A stretch of DNA of 64,000 bases from Takakia lepidozioides (GCA_030704615.1 CM060733.1:65162001-65226000); one strand, 5' to 3'; counted from the stretch's first letter, positions 1-12,442 are shown. The notes: generated by a model from the sequence alone, not told the origin. Numbers and translations are program-made.

Positions 1-3
1 GTA

Positions 4-799
4 GTGGAGGCGCATGCAGAACTCCGGCCTGCTGCTGTCGCGGTGGGGGCATCTGAGACAACCCTGGACATTGACCTTGTTTCCCCGCGGGCAGATATTA
101 CCCAGCAACCCACGGTTGTCACTTCCACTCCCAACCTTCAATTAATGTCGGAGAATGTCGTGCACACAATAGTGGAGAAGGGCAAGCATTTGCTCATCCT
201 AGATATTAATGGATTGCTGTGTGAGTGCGTCCATGTCGGGAGCGGTAATGCGTTTGTGGTTCCAAATGGCCTTGAGCACAAATTATGTGGTAGCAAGATG
301 GTCGTTGTAAGGCCTGGTTGCAAAGCTTTTTTGGACAAGTGTTTCGAACACTTTGAAGTGGCAGCATGGTCTTGTATGCAACCACGTAACTTCCTACCCA
401 CAGTGGACTGGCTTTTCCATGGGCACCGTGACCTTGCATTCAAGTGGGATGGGGGATATTGTGAGCAGTCCACTGACATGGATGGGAGCCTGCCCATGAA
501 ACCACGGTTTCTGAAGAACCTATCTACAGTGTGGCGGGACAACTGTGTCTGGAATCCTGAAACCACTCTTCTTGTTGATGACACACCGCACAAGGGGTCA
601 AAAAATCCAGCATACAGGCCATTTTCCCACTGCCTTGGAGAAGTCGTTCTGTAGAGGCGCACAATGATAATTTCCTTCTGACCAGCTTATGGCCCTTCTT
701 GGAGGGGGCAGCTAAGGCTCTGAGCATTCCAGAATATCTCAAAGGGCAACCCACATTTGGGCAACAAGCTATCAGCCCTCGAGCCATTCAGCCTCGCCA
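4..799 (+). pseudogene. FCP1/NIF-family HAD phosphatase-like exon within the CACTA element (frameshift near 615)
   Basis: LLILDINGLL (DxDxxL variant), VVRPGCKAFLDKCFEHFEVAAWS, FLKNLSTVW, TLLVDDTPHK. After a frameshift it continues AIFP...DNFLLTSLWPFLEG...PTFGQQAI, typical of the NIF C-terminus. GT donor at about 800. Confidence 0.75.
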
Positions 800-1293
800 G
801 GTAACATACTTTGTAGTGTGGTACACAATGCCAGACATTAGAGGCATTTTTGTGTGACTCCCTTGTGCCATTGCCAGCCTCATTTGTGCTTAAGTTGTGG
901 CAGTAAAACATGTTGTGATAGAGTTTGTCAAATTACTGTCGCAGTGTCAACTGTAGGCATTGACAGTTTGGGTGCATCTTATTGTGTTAGTGTAATTTGA
1001 GTTCCCAGTGTAGATAATATACATTTTTGGTGCTTGTTGGTTGGTTGTAGGTGCTTGGCCACGAACGAGGCCCCCCAAATCAAAGGGCAGCACACCTTCA
1101 CCCTTTGAGGAAGCCGACACCACTGATCCCTGATTCGCAGAATGGGGTAAGTGTATGCATCTGCTATTCTCCCCTTCCCGACCTGGATAGACAAATTGTT
1201 ATTAGCTCCTTGTAGACCTTGTAGACACAATACGTTCCACGATCCATGTTCCACAATTCTCATGCAATCTGCCATGTTTGGGCTGGGATGGCA

Positions 1294-1576
1294 GTTCGTG
1301 GTGGGAGACCATGTCAAGCTCATAGACACTGTTTCGCGATCAACAGCCGGATCTGGCCGCATTGCTGGTCTCCAAGGGATGGAGGTGAGTGAAGGGTACC
1401 CTGTTGTGCCAGAAGGCTATGTGGCCATCCACATTGATGATGTCCGCATTCCCAATGCCCCTCTACCATATCACAACAAATCCATGAAGCCTCATCACAC
1501 TGAGTTGGGAGACACTGTAGGTTACATTACTGTGTGGAGTGACAAACTAGTGAAGACCTTGCAGACAAAGAGATGA
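1294..1576 (+). CDS. Terminal exon resembling the Tnp1/En/Spm (TnpA-like) C-terminal domain
   Basis: After a CAG acceptor: FVVGDHVKL...GRIAG...VPEGYVAIHIDDVRIPNAPLPY...ELGDTVGYITVW, the pattern of CACTA accessory proteins. A small exon (1051-1146) plausibly links it to the NIF exon. Confidence 0.55.
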
Positions 1577-1949
1577 GGCAGGTCGGCTAGCATCGTGGAT
1601 TTCTTGGGGATTTCCACCTGTGCCTCATCCGGATTTGGCAACTACGGTAACTTATAGTAGTGACAGTTTCTCTGAATTGACTGTCCAATTTTGATAGCAA
1701 TCACATGTTGGATTTTCTCATGCATGTTGTTGCAAACTTATGCCTCATTAATGAGCAATGTGGTGGTAGGTGGTATGTCCCCATTGCACACACTATGGTT
1801 GGTTATGTTGTTGCTGTTCATATGTGGTTGATAATGGTGATGCTGGATGGTGATGTTGCTGCTATTGTGGTCTTTCAGAATTACGTCTGTGCCACTTTTG
1901 TGCCACTTCAGTCTTGCTGTATACATGATTGTGATGTTGTATGGCACAT

Positions 1950-2760
1950 GCACGTGGCACCCTATTGGCTGCCTCTGTGGCATATCCACGTGTCCGTCTA
2001 GAGTCATAACCATGAGTACCGAACCCAATATGATACGTGTATGAGCATATTACATTCCGACACGTGACCCCCTAAGGTCCCGCGCAGTTGGTCCTATGAC
2101 TCCATATGCAGAACGTCCAGTCAAATGTATGTCTACGAAGCAGCACGTGAGGTTTAGAGGATCGTGCACTTGGCACCACCTGGGACTACAACGTCCTCAT
2201 GGAATCCCCTGTTCATGGAATATACCGTACTGTGCCAGTCGTAGGTATGACTGGCAAGAATCCACCACAGCTCTCGAAAGTCCAGCACGTGGGCACACAC
2301 GAACGTGGCATATGGTGTCCCCAGATGCTGCCACGTGTTGACCCCAAATTTCCCCCCATGAAGACATACATGTGACTGCAAAGCCCCGTCCCCCACAGTG
2401 ACACGTGGCAATGATATGTCGCACCACGCGTTTCTTCTATGACGCGACACGTGCTGTCGTTTAATTCCCTCGTCCGCTGTCATAGCTGGCAGTGAGGGCT
2501 GGCGTCGCAGTCTGACACGTGGCATGTTCTGTAGCCACCACGTGTCTGTCTGACACCGCGGCTGACATGGACTACACTGTCCGTTCAGTCATTCAGTAAT
2601 GCCAGCGTGTATGACTACCCCCACAGCTGCTCTGGCGCCACGTGACAGCCAGCCTGGAGAGTCATATCTGCCATGTCACAACTGACTAGGTCTTTACGTC
2701 TTCAGAGTCAGGAAGTTGTAAATGGCTTCCATGACTGCATTTGCAGTCATAACACAGAGA
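1950..2760. repeat. CACTA subterminal motif cluster (CACGTG / GACACGTGGCA / TGAC-GTCA)
   Basis: More than ten CACGTG-type cores, e.g. GTGACACGTGGCA and CTGACACGTGGCA, directly upstream of the TIR. Confidence 0.6.
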
Positions 2761-2829
2761 CGTAAAAGCCGCTTTTTGTTGTAGTGTGACCCTCTTGCAC
2801 ACTATAAGTCAAATTGCAGCCTCAGATTA

Positions 2830-3570
2830 TATCATCCATAATTATCCACAAGATATGCATCATGCAAGATATCATGGGCATATAATAACTACTTGCCACA
2901 TTTACAGATCCAAGATATGTATACACAGGTACCTTGAAGTGACCCAAGACATGCACCGTGCAAGGTTCCATGGGTAGGTAAGAACAAGATTCAGGATATG
3001 TACATACAAGCACCTTGAAGGAGTAGCCTGCAATTTACCAGATTTCAAACATGCAACCAAGTAATCTTCTTGGGCATGACAAAACATATTGCAGCTTCGC
3101 TCTTTGCCATCTGTAAGTACCCCAAGACATGCATCATGCAAGGCTCCTTGGGTAGGTAAGAACAGCCTGTCTTATTATAGATCCAGGATATGTTCATACA
3201 AGTACCTTGAAGGACCAGCCTGCAATTAATTACATTTCAGGCATGCACCCAAGTACATTTCTTGGGCATGACAAAACATATTGCAGCTTCACACTTGGCC
3301 ATTTGTAAGTACCCCAACATATGCATCATGCAAGGCCTCTTGGGTAGGTAAGAACAGCATGCCATTGTACAAATTCAAGACATGTTTAGTACACAAGCAT
3401 CTTGATGGACCAGCCTGCAGTTTATCAGACTCCAAACATGCAACCAAGTGACCCACTTGGGCATGACAAGACAGACTGCAACTTCATTCTACACCATGTA
3501 TAGTTGCCCCAAGACATGCATCATGTAGGGCATTTTGGCATGGAAGACAGGCCTGCCATGTCACAGCTTC
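2830..3570. repeat. Degenerate ~180-195-bp tandem repeat, about 3.5 copies
   Basis: Unit CCCAAGACATGCATCATGCAAGG...GGGTAGGTAAGAACA...CTTGGGCATGACAA recurs at about 2943, 3121, 3313 and 3508. Confidence 0.8.
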
Positions 3571-4732
3571 AAGATATGGACACACATACACTTTGAGTGC
3601 CCGAGACCAAGCCCACTTGGCCAAAAAATAAATCATACATTGCAGGTGGCTGGTCTGATGGCAAAATAAGGCAAATAATCACTGGCAGAGGTCCAGTAGA
3701 GCTTACCACCACTGTTTTCCAGAAGGCTAATTCCATGTTTTGCAAATAAAACCTCACTATGCTCCATTCCACATCAAATCCAGGCCTGTAAGAGGCCTGT
3801 CATTGCCTTATCAGGCTGCCATCTTTAAAAACAGGGCCTCCTCTTCCTTAGAACCTAACAGCCACTGATGCCTTTACCCATAAATCATCATTCCTCTTTT
3901 AAGGCCAAAACAAAACCTAGTTTAAAAATCCACAGGCAATGCTGTCAAAGATTCAAGACAAGGTAAGGTCCAAATGTTGGGCTTCAAGAGACAAGCCTGC
4001 CAGGCCGAAGTGCTCCATCAAAGGCAGCAAAACATAAGTCAAAAGTAAGCATCAGCATGCCAAACCAGGAGCAAACGGGCCGAAATTGGGGCTACAGGCA
4101 GCAGCCAAGCCATGACGCCATACAGAATAGGTTCCCTTTGCCCACATCCTTATCTGCAAGCTCAAGAGAATTCAAAGCAAGTAGGGATCCTCACCTGGTC
4201 CCATCACAAGCCCCCACAAAAACCAACAGGTTAGTGAGGATTGTGGAACCCCAGGTGAATCACAGACCCCTACACTTGTCATCGATGTCAACTAAGAACC
4301 TCAAAAGCAAGAGAGAAAGACATAAAGTAAAAGGAACCCTAATCACCAAAAACACCTTGAGCGATTGGGGAAGATAGCTGTGCGCCATCGCCACCAGCAA
4401 GCCACCTCCAGCACAACTAAGGAAAAGTGAAGCATACAAGCATCTTTGCTAGGTTTAAGAAGGGAGAGAGAGATACTTCCCAACACAAGCGCCGCTGCGA
4501 AAAATAAAAGCCAGAGGAGGGAAAGAGACGATGCATTCACAACATTGTCTCCCGCCTGTGAGAAGAGACAAAACGCCGCCATTGCGCATCCCCAGGAGCT
4601 CGTCCAGCATGGGTACGAAGCAGCAGACAGGGTAGCAGCAAAACGCAGACGCCATACCTCTCATCCCGCAAGCTCAGAAGCACGAGGAGTGCTGCTGACG
4701 GTGGGAGAGACACCCTAGGGCCATGCCCAATT

Positions 4733-5310
4733 TTTCATCCGTGCAGGATGAGTAATGAACACCACATTTTTCGAAACCCGACGGATGTCATCCGTTAGCT
4801 AGGTTTAAACAGTAGGTTATAGGGTAGGGGTTAGGGTTTCACTCCTTAATTAGCCATAATTAAGGGTAATTAATCAACAGTCCAGGGCCATCATAAATTC
4901 AGTTGGAGAAGGTTCGTCAGTAGGATGGAAAAACAGTACATAAATATCCAAGGCAACGGTTTCACATCCTAACAGGTAATTCAACATCCCCAAAATAAAA
5001 TGCCTCATCCAGTACGGAAAAAAGCCATAAAAGAGGAATGAACGAATTAATATCTTGGTATTTTTCATCCGGTATGGATGGAAAAATTTATATATAGGAT
5101 GCCAGTGTCAACCCCTACAGAGGTAATTCCTCATTCTCTGGCGACTCATCTGGTATGGATGAAAGTCAATAAAAGAGGAATGAAAAAAACATAGACCCAG
5201 TTTAGAGGTAATTTACTGTCCACCCAAGTAATTCATCCGGTATGGATAAAAAATCGTTATAGGGCGGGTGAAACACTGTTTAGAGTCTATCCGGTATAGA
5301 TGGAAAAACA
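4733..5310. repeat. Cluster of TCATCC-N5-GGATG(A) hairpin motifs
   Basis: TCATCCGTGCAGGATGA, TCATCCAGTACGGA, TCATCCGGTATGGATG, TCATCTGGTATGGATG, TCATCCGGTATGGATA, TATCCGGTATAGATG. The later copies are about 55-90 bp apart. Confidence 0.65.
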
Positions 5311-6521
5311 GGAAAAAAACACTGATAAAACCGGCCAATTCCAAGGAGGGAGGGAGAGAGAGGGAGAGAGGGTGGGGGGTGATTGAGCAGCAGCAACTAC
5401 CCCCCCCCCCCCATATTTTGTCTTTTACGGGGGAGCTGAGAGCAGCAGCACTTGCTGCTCTCAGCCCCCCACATGCATTGTTTTTTTTTTTAAAATCTGG
5501 AATCTAGAGGTTGTTTCCACGAAGGCCTAATGTGACAGGTGCTAGGAATATGGGGAAAGAGAAGAAGTCCCCTGCCCCAAAGAAAGCCTCGGGGAACCCG
5601 TTTAATATCCCGGGACGTGTGACGCGGGCTGGCACCTCATGGACTACCAGCCCCTGCATGTGCATTAATAAGGTGGATTCGATGCAAAGTATGTGTGTGA
5701 TTTACTAATTGTGGGGGGGCGGGGAGGGGCATAGGTATTGTGGGATCAGCTCATTGCGGGAGAGAATGATGCGGCAAAGAAGGCCAGTTTTGAGAAGGCA
5801 CGCTCCGCAACAACAATCCGCCTTGAGAAGCACGACTATGTCCACAAGTGGGGGCCCCGCGGATCCAAGGGTTTCATCACTCGATTTGTAAGTCATACTT
5901 CCCTATGTATTTTGTTATAGGCTTCTTTTTGGCTCCATCATCATGAGGAACTGACTTTAGTTTGTGGCATGTGTAGCACCGCGTGTCTAAGAGGAAGCCC
6001 TCTCGGATAGAGTACGAATACTGCTAGGAGCATGGTTGGAAATTCCTCATGAACAACATGGCCAACTCGGAGGGGATCAGTGCATCACTACAGGGCACTA
6101 GTATGGATGGGGGGGGGGTCATGGCCGGGGATTGGATGAGAGCTCTATGGGAGTTCAGGGACCCCTTTCAGGTGCTCCGGCGCAGGGCCGGCAGGGTGCT
6201 AGCGATAGAGTATCCTCTATGGAGTCATCAACAAGCTCATCGGATAGCCATGACTCTGATGACTCCGAGGATGAGCAGTCCTAGTCAGAGTGTAGATCAT
6301 GGAGTCAGCCTATGTCTGAACCCTTGTGAGCAAAATATTTACGCTTATTGCTTGTAAATATATTTCCATATTTCACCTTGTATTTCGTTTTGTTTTTTTG
6401 GCGACGCTCGTGCGACGGTCCGGCGACGCCCGGGCGTCGCATAATCGGCGCCGCGCCCATGCCTGCAACGGGGGGTTTCCCAACGCCGCGGCGTTGCAAA
6501 CCCCCCCTTTTTCCTGTAGTG

Positions 6522-8206
6522 CACCCTTGAGTGCCTTCGGCACTCAAGGAGGCGGAGGCGCTCACTAGGTGGAGCCCCGCCAACCGGGTTGTGGTGGGGA
6601 GGGCTCCGTGTGGGGTCGTTGCAGCCTATAGTGTCCATTTTTGGCTGTCACAGCACAGTTTTTCCTGCACATAGATTGATAATATACATTCACACTCTTC
6701 AATCGAATGGACTATTTGAATAAAGGACTATAATGGATTATATGCACTAGAGGCTTTATCCACTCTTTCAAATTTCATTTCAAAATACTAAGTATATTGA
6801 AAGTTAAGGACTTTTTAAAAAGTCCCTAGTAAAATGTCATAGTCCATAATCTGCTGATTATGTACTTTGTTCTTGGTCAATTTTCAATGCCACTATAAAA
6901 AAGGACTCACATTATGATCACCCCCATTTTGAGGAATCTAGAATGCCTTATCTTACATTAAAATATGTAGCCCATAAAATGTTAGGGACTTTTGTAGAGC
7001 ATAGAAATTAGTTATTTTTATATTAAGCTTTACTACATGAAAAACATAGATTTACAAGAACTTCCTTCACAAAAAACACGTATTTCCCATAGGTTGAGGG
7101 CATAGATAAATTAGATTTGAGAATTTCGTTATTTTAAAGTTGATTTGATTTGATTTATTTTTATTTTTATTTTTTATTTTTGAAAAGCCAGCCCATATTG
7201 TTTTGACACGGTACTTTTGGCCGACGGTCTGGATTGACTTCATCCGACGGTCAAAATTTTTTTTTTTCAAAACTCGTGCCAGTTTCAGGACATTTCATGT
7301 ACTCGTGATTGTGTCGCATTATGGACACTCTAGGCTGCAATCACCCTGTGGGGTGATGGTAGCGTATGGAGTAGTAACCCCGAGACCGGTGCAAGCCCGT
7401 TGGTGACCAAAAGCTAGTGAGTAAGCGTGCGAACCGGAAAGCGACCAAGGTGTGGGAAGCTATTCTGGATTGTCATCTATCAAAGGGAATTTCCACTAGG
7501 CCCAAAGTGGTGGATAGTCTTTTAGAGGCGCAAGGGGGACCGTTATGCCCCGGTGAGCAGCCGAAGCTCCGAGTTGGCCCGGCGGCCAGTTTGGGAGTTA
7601 GGTGCGCGCATCAAAGCGAGTAATTATGACTTGAAGGGGAGTTTATCGAAGTGAGGTGCGCGACACTTGGTATCAGAGCTTAGAGTTCAGTACGCGATCG
7701 TCCTTGAGATCGGCCTCACCATAGGGTTGGGCTGCAAGACAAAGCGAAAGCGGAACAGCCTGAAAGACGATGATCCCAGTGAGCCCGGTGGGGACGACGT
7801 GTCACCGAAGCGGCAAATGGAAGAGGCGATTTATAATTCTGAAAGCGAGGCCGCTCGAGAGTGGGAGGAATCTGGGGAGTCGGAGCCCGAAGACTTCCCA
7901 AAGGCTCCGCCAGACCAACTGATGTCTCCTATGCCAACAGCCTTTTGGGAAGGGTTGTTGGCGCAGTTTGGCGGGACGCTAAAAGACGTGAGGGCGGCTA
8001 ATGCCACTTCCACTAAGGCGAAGTTTAAGGTGAAGCCTAAGGAACCCAACACCTTCGAGGACATCCGAAATCAGAAGGCACTCAACACCTGGCTCTTGGA
8101 GCTGGAGCAGTACTTCCAGGCAGCCAAGTTGAGTGACGAGGATCGGGTGGAAGTGGCTCATACCTATTTGAGGGGCTATGCTCAACAATGGTGACAAAAG
8201 CGCCTT
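6522..8206 (+). mobile_element. Older truncated Ty3/gypsy copy: partial 5' LTR (6522-6612 + 7351-7665), tRNA-Met PBS (7668-7679) and 5' gag
   Basis: Directly homologous to the LTR/gag of the element at 16978. LTR ends GCGACA, followed by TGGTATCAGAGC. The gag start is ATA, a TGA sits at 8192, and homology stops abruptly at 8206. Confidence 0.9.
6613..7346. mobile_element. 734-bp non-autonomous TIR element (MITE-like), GGG termini, 4-bp TSD TGTG
   Basis: TIRs GGGTCGTTGCAGCCTATAGTGTCCAT and rc GGGTGATTGCAGCCTAGAGTGTCCAT (23/26). TGTG at 6609-6612 and 7347-7350. Removing the element restores local LTR spacing (GGCTCC-5nt-GGGTGRTGGTAGC). Confidence 0.85.
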
Positions 8207-10325
8207 TCTGTAACTTGAAAGTGGTGGTGTTGCAATCCAATTACTCCTGGGCGTGGGTCAGTATCTGCAGCAGTGCAGGTTTCCAAAACATTCATGAATT
8301 TGAAATTGTGATGATGTCCAACACACAGAAGAGGAGGAAATTATACCTGATGCCACCAAGTCATCACATTGAGCCAGTCGTTCATGTTGTCGTCTGTTGG
8401 CTCGATGGGAAAGTGGTACAACAGCTTCGTGTTTGTATGGCCGTTCCAGATTCGCAGCCACCTTGTCTGCATGGCCTAACATCGGTCTGACATAAGAACT
8501 TCATCATGAGAATCGTGAGAAGACACAAAACAAGAACAAACACATGCTTACCTTCTTCGCTGGCTCAACATAGGACAGTGCGATGTGATGAAGTTTCTCC
8601 ATGGACATTTTCGGTTTCATAGGTCTGGAGTAATGCAGTCCTATCTCCGCCAGGAACTCGGCACCAAGACCAGGGTCAGCGATTGCAACTTGCTTAACAA
8701 GTTTGGACTTGTACTTGGTCCGTGATTGCCTCCCTGCCTGCACAATGTGACTCTCTATCGACGCGTCCGCCTTGTTGGGGGCATCCTTCTCAAAGAACTG
8801 CCTTTTGGCATAGGCCAAGTCATCCCTGATGTTCGTCTGCATTCCTATACCCAGCGGATACAGTCAGGCCACTGATCCCTGCAACAAATAGCATTAAATC
8901 GGGAAATTTGAGATGAACCTCACCGAATAGAGGATCTCCACCATGGCGTCCAGTGTTGGTCGGTACCAGGTGCGATCCGCTTTCGCAAGGGACTTCCTGT
9001 ACAGCTCGGGATCAAGGGATTTTTGGAAGTCCGTCAGCGGTGCTGTTCCCACTTCTTGCACTCTGTAGAGCATATGTGCCAGATGAGTTTCCACGAAGGC
9101 CCTCTCTGTTACCCTGCCATGGAGAAAAAAAAAAGGAACAACATGAAAATATGATAAAAAAATAACCAGATTTCGGCACAGCAATCCAATTTCTAGTTCA
9201 TAGAGTGCATGACAGTCAAGAACATTGTCTATTTTGGCGCCGCAATAGGCAGTACACACGGATGTAGTTGTATACTTACAGATTTATATCCGCCATGGCA
9301 CCCTTTAACAGTCATCTGTCCCTCACGTCCACCTTCACGACAATGCAGTCCACCATGTAATGCCAATTGATATCTTGCGGATGCATTTTAGCAATGTACT
9401 GTGTCCAGGCAAGCATCCTGTGGTTCCCGTCCCAAACGAAGAACATCTTCCCTTCCATGTGTGCGAATGTGGGATTAGTCTTTAGAGAGACTTCAAACTC
9501 GGCATTTACAGTGTGCCAGTGGGGGCTCCAATTCTGAAGCTCCTCTGCAGTGGGGCCCCTTGTGACACCCTGGTCATTCTCAATGGAAACGTAGAATGCT
9601 GCCGACCCCCGTTTGTACCCTTCTCTGAAGTTGTGCTTCAGTCGATCGATGTCCCCTTGCAGTGCTTGCCTTACAACTGGAAGGCCAACCATGCGACACA
9701 AAGGAACCTTGAGGTTCTCCGGGTACACCATGGAGCCCAAAACGCCGCCTATGTTGCTATGAGTCTCTGCCAGCAACCTGTTTGCTGCTATGTTCATGTC
9801 TCGTGCGCTCATGAGCATACCCGCCACTAGTTTCTTACTTCTATCACCTCTCTCACTTCCCTCACCCCTCTCACCAGCCTGTCTACTGTCCTGGAGGTTT
9901 TGCTCTTCCGCAAGCTCCAGCAAGTTCTGATCGTCGTCAAGTCGCACCACGTTGTCGTCCTCTGCTTCTGTCAGCTCAATGGGCCGCCCTTCTGTAGATC
10001 CGACTCCGATATCTCTAGCGGCCTCCACCGCATCTGTGTTTTTTGAAACTGCCTGCAAATCCAATATCTCCGCTTCCAGTCTCCCTAGTGGTTTTACTGG
10101 CGAAGCCATGGGCTCCTTCTGCTTCCTCGGCTTCCGAACTCTAGGTGGGCTTTTCTGAGGCGATATCTGAGGTGTTGAATGAGGAGTCGCCTGCCTCAAT
10201 GCACTTCCACCTTGCGAGCGCAGCACCCGGGCAGGAGTATCCAAAGTTGACTGTGTTGCCTCGCCCCCCTGCGATCCCTCCCCAGCTCCCATGTCAAACA
10301 AACAGGAAAACATGACACACTGCAC
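8207..10325 (-). pseudogene. Spliced ParB/Srx-domain gene (N-terminal half), decayed and truncated at 8207
   Basis: LKVPLCRMVGLPVVRQALQGDIDRLKHNFREGY...FYVS...MFFVWDGNHRMLAW fits the ParB/Srx core (DGxHR). GT-AG introns at about 9279-9114, 8922-8879, 8551-8487 and 8346-8265. In-frame stops, e.g. at 9312. Confidence 0.7.
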
Positions 10326-10916
10326 GCCAAAAAAAAGGTATAAAAGGAATAGTGCGTATGGAGTGCTTCATATCCGCGAAGCACGAATCTCTCACTGGTG
10401 GGCGATCCGAGTCTCCGGATAACGAGGTCTGCATTTCCTGCATGAGACGGAGCTTAAGTTTTGCCGGAGTCGCTTGACCTTCCACAAACTCTATGCTATC
10501 ACTATGCTGCATAAGGAGAGGAAACGCAGGAGAATGTCACTGCAGAAGGGCAAGGAGCGAGAGAGCGAAGCGGTGGAACATGCAACCACTCTGCACGAGC
10601 AGATGCGTAAGCAGCCACGTCTCCCGAAGCGTTGCCACCGTCCACCACTTTCTGCCGTATGGGTGATGAAGAGATTGCGACCCTTGACACGTTCGCACGG
10701 ATGAAGTTGACTGGAACACGACGCGTGCCTGTTCAAGCTACCAGTACAAGACGCTTTATCCGAATTGCGGCACCGAAATATCGTTCCGTTCACCGGATGC
10801 TGTTCCCGGAGCAGCCGGCATTGAATGAAATATCCGCATATCATGAAACCCAACCACCATGAAAATCCCCTGCCAATGACATTCAACAGTCAGGTCGGTA
10901 CGTTTCATCAGCGGAC

Positions 10917-12260
10917 GGATGAATTTCGGCGCCGAAATTCATCCTATGCAAGTGCTTTCATACACAAACTTATGAATTTCGGCGCCGTAATTCATCGCTT
11001 CCCTAGTCCTCATCCGTCATGAGCAAACCTGTCAGTCGGATATCGGAGCCGGAATTAATTCCGGGACAGTAGAGACGGCTGCACTTGGGCACATTTCATC
11101 CATATTTCGGCGCCGAAATTCATTAAGAATATCTCCGTCCGCGCTTAGACGAGGTGAAATCATCCATATTTCGGCGCCGAAATTCATCCAGCGCGAAGAC
11201 TAAATCGGCACCATGCTACGCTTTGCCGCCATCATTGCCCCTCACGGTTGCTGTCCATGCCTGTTGGACTTGCCATGTCTAGACAGTTACCTATAATTTC
11301 GGCGCCGGAATTATACTTTATGTGCGGCAACGTCCCGTGCGAAAAATGACCAGTTAATGGATACTGTCAGTTTCAAATGAAAACAACGGCTAAAATGCAA
11401 TTAATTTTCCCCCAACATGAAAAAATATCCCCTTTCGTCATTGGATAACGGCCTTTTGTAAGACATAAGGGGTTGAATGTGCTGATTTCTCCATTTAATG
11501 CAAAATATTCGTGTTATCTTCGTCGGAATGGGTTATTTCAAACGAATTTCGGAACATTACATCATCCAGAAGCAAGAAGTAAGTGTCGGGTTCGGACGAA
11601 TTTCGGCGCCGAAATTCATCCGTCGCATAGAAAATGTAATATTAGAGTTACCCATTGCGGACAGTAAGGATGAATTTTGGCGCCGAAATTCATCCATTTC
11701 GAAGAGAAATAAATGTTGGAGGGAGGGCATTGGATGAATTTCGGCGCCGAAATCCATTGCTCGCGAAGAAAAAAGAAAATTAGAAGGGAGGACTTTGGAT
11801 GAATTTCGGCGCCGAAATCCATCCGCAAGACAGCAGAATTAGGGTCGGAAAAGGAGAAGATGAATGAATTTCGGTGCCGAAATTCATCCCTACTGCCGAT
11901 TCAGGATTACTGTCATTCGGATGTTGGCACCGAAATCCGGACACGTGGTGAATCATGACTGTAATCACGAACACATTCATCCGTAATTCGGCACCGAAAT
12001 TCAACCCTTATGTGCAGAAACAATTTCATGAAGAACATGTTCATCCGAATTTCGGCACCGAAATCCATCCATCGGGTGCTTGCTCAGTTTCATGAGGTGA
12101 ACAAATTACGATTTCTGTCGCCGGAATTCATCCCCTTGCTTCCAAATCTGTTACATCATAGAGATGTTCATCCAGATTTCGGTGCCGAAATTCATGAGAA
12201 GGCCTGATTTATTGTAGCCCAACTGGTGGTACATCACAATTCAGGCACCAAATATCCGAT
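10917..12260. repeat. Array of about 18 palindromes GATGAATTTCGGCGCCGAAATTCATC with divergent spacers, period about 64 bp
   Basis: Copies near 10918, 10972, 11103, 11167, 11295, 11598, 11669, 11733, 11798, 11863, 11921, 11984, 12047, 12110, 12175 and 12238, plus degenerate ones. Lies between the divergent ParB-like and transposase genes. Confidence 0.9.
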
Positions 12261-12442
12261 GTGAACTTGTTGTGGTCGTCCGTATTTGTAACGTACGTTA
12301 CACACCTTCATCCATACGTGCACTAATCACCGATCCTGTTGGATACAGAATCCTCCAGAAAATGATTGTGGTATTATGTATGACACACTCTTCTCATTGC
12401 AGGACTTCGCTGCGGAGCGTACCGAGAGGTACCGTCTTCAAC

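Larger units (their letters stand above)
1..2786 (+). mobile_element. Right part of a CACTA (En/Spm) DNA transposon (element 1)
   Basis: Ends ...CGTAAAAGCCGCTTTTTGTTGTAGTG at 2786 (reverse complement CACTACAACAAAAAGCGG, a CACTA TIR). Preceded by dense subterminal motifs and a Tnp1/En/Spm-like exon. The left end is outside the window. Confidence 0.75.
2787..6521 (+). mobile_element. Right part of a second CACTA element (element 1 probably nested in it), inserted into an LTR
   Basis: Ends ...CCCCCCCTTTTTCCTGTAGTG at 6521 (rc CACTACAGGAAAAAGGGG), with GC-rich subterminal palindromes (GCGACGCCCGGGCGTCGC, CAACGCCGCGGCGTTG). LTR sequence resumes at 6522. The internal extent is inferred. Confidence 0.55.

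Noticed and set aside
4815-4840. Interstitial telomere array
   Set aside because: Only 2-3 degenerate TAGGG units.
5500-6310. Possible decayed TnpA-like exons in CACTA element 2 (HKWGPRGSKGF...)
   Set aside because: Splice-like signals are present, but the fragments are short, contain stops, and cannot be assigned without a search.
10917-12260. True CRISPR array
   Set aside because: Eukaryotic intron-containing context, no cas genes, degenerate repeats, and some spacers are related to each other (tandem-duplication origin).
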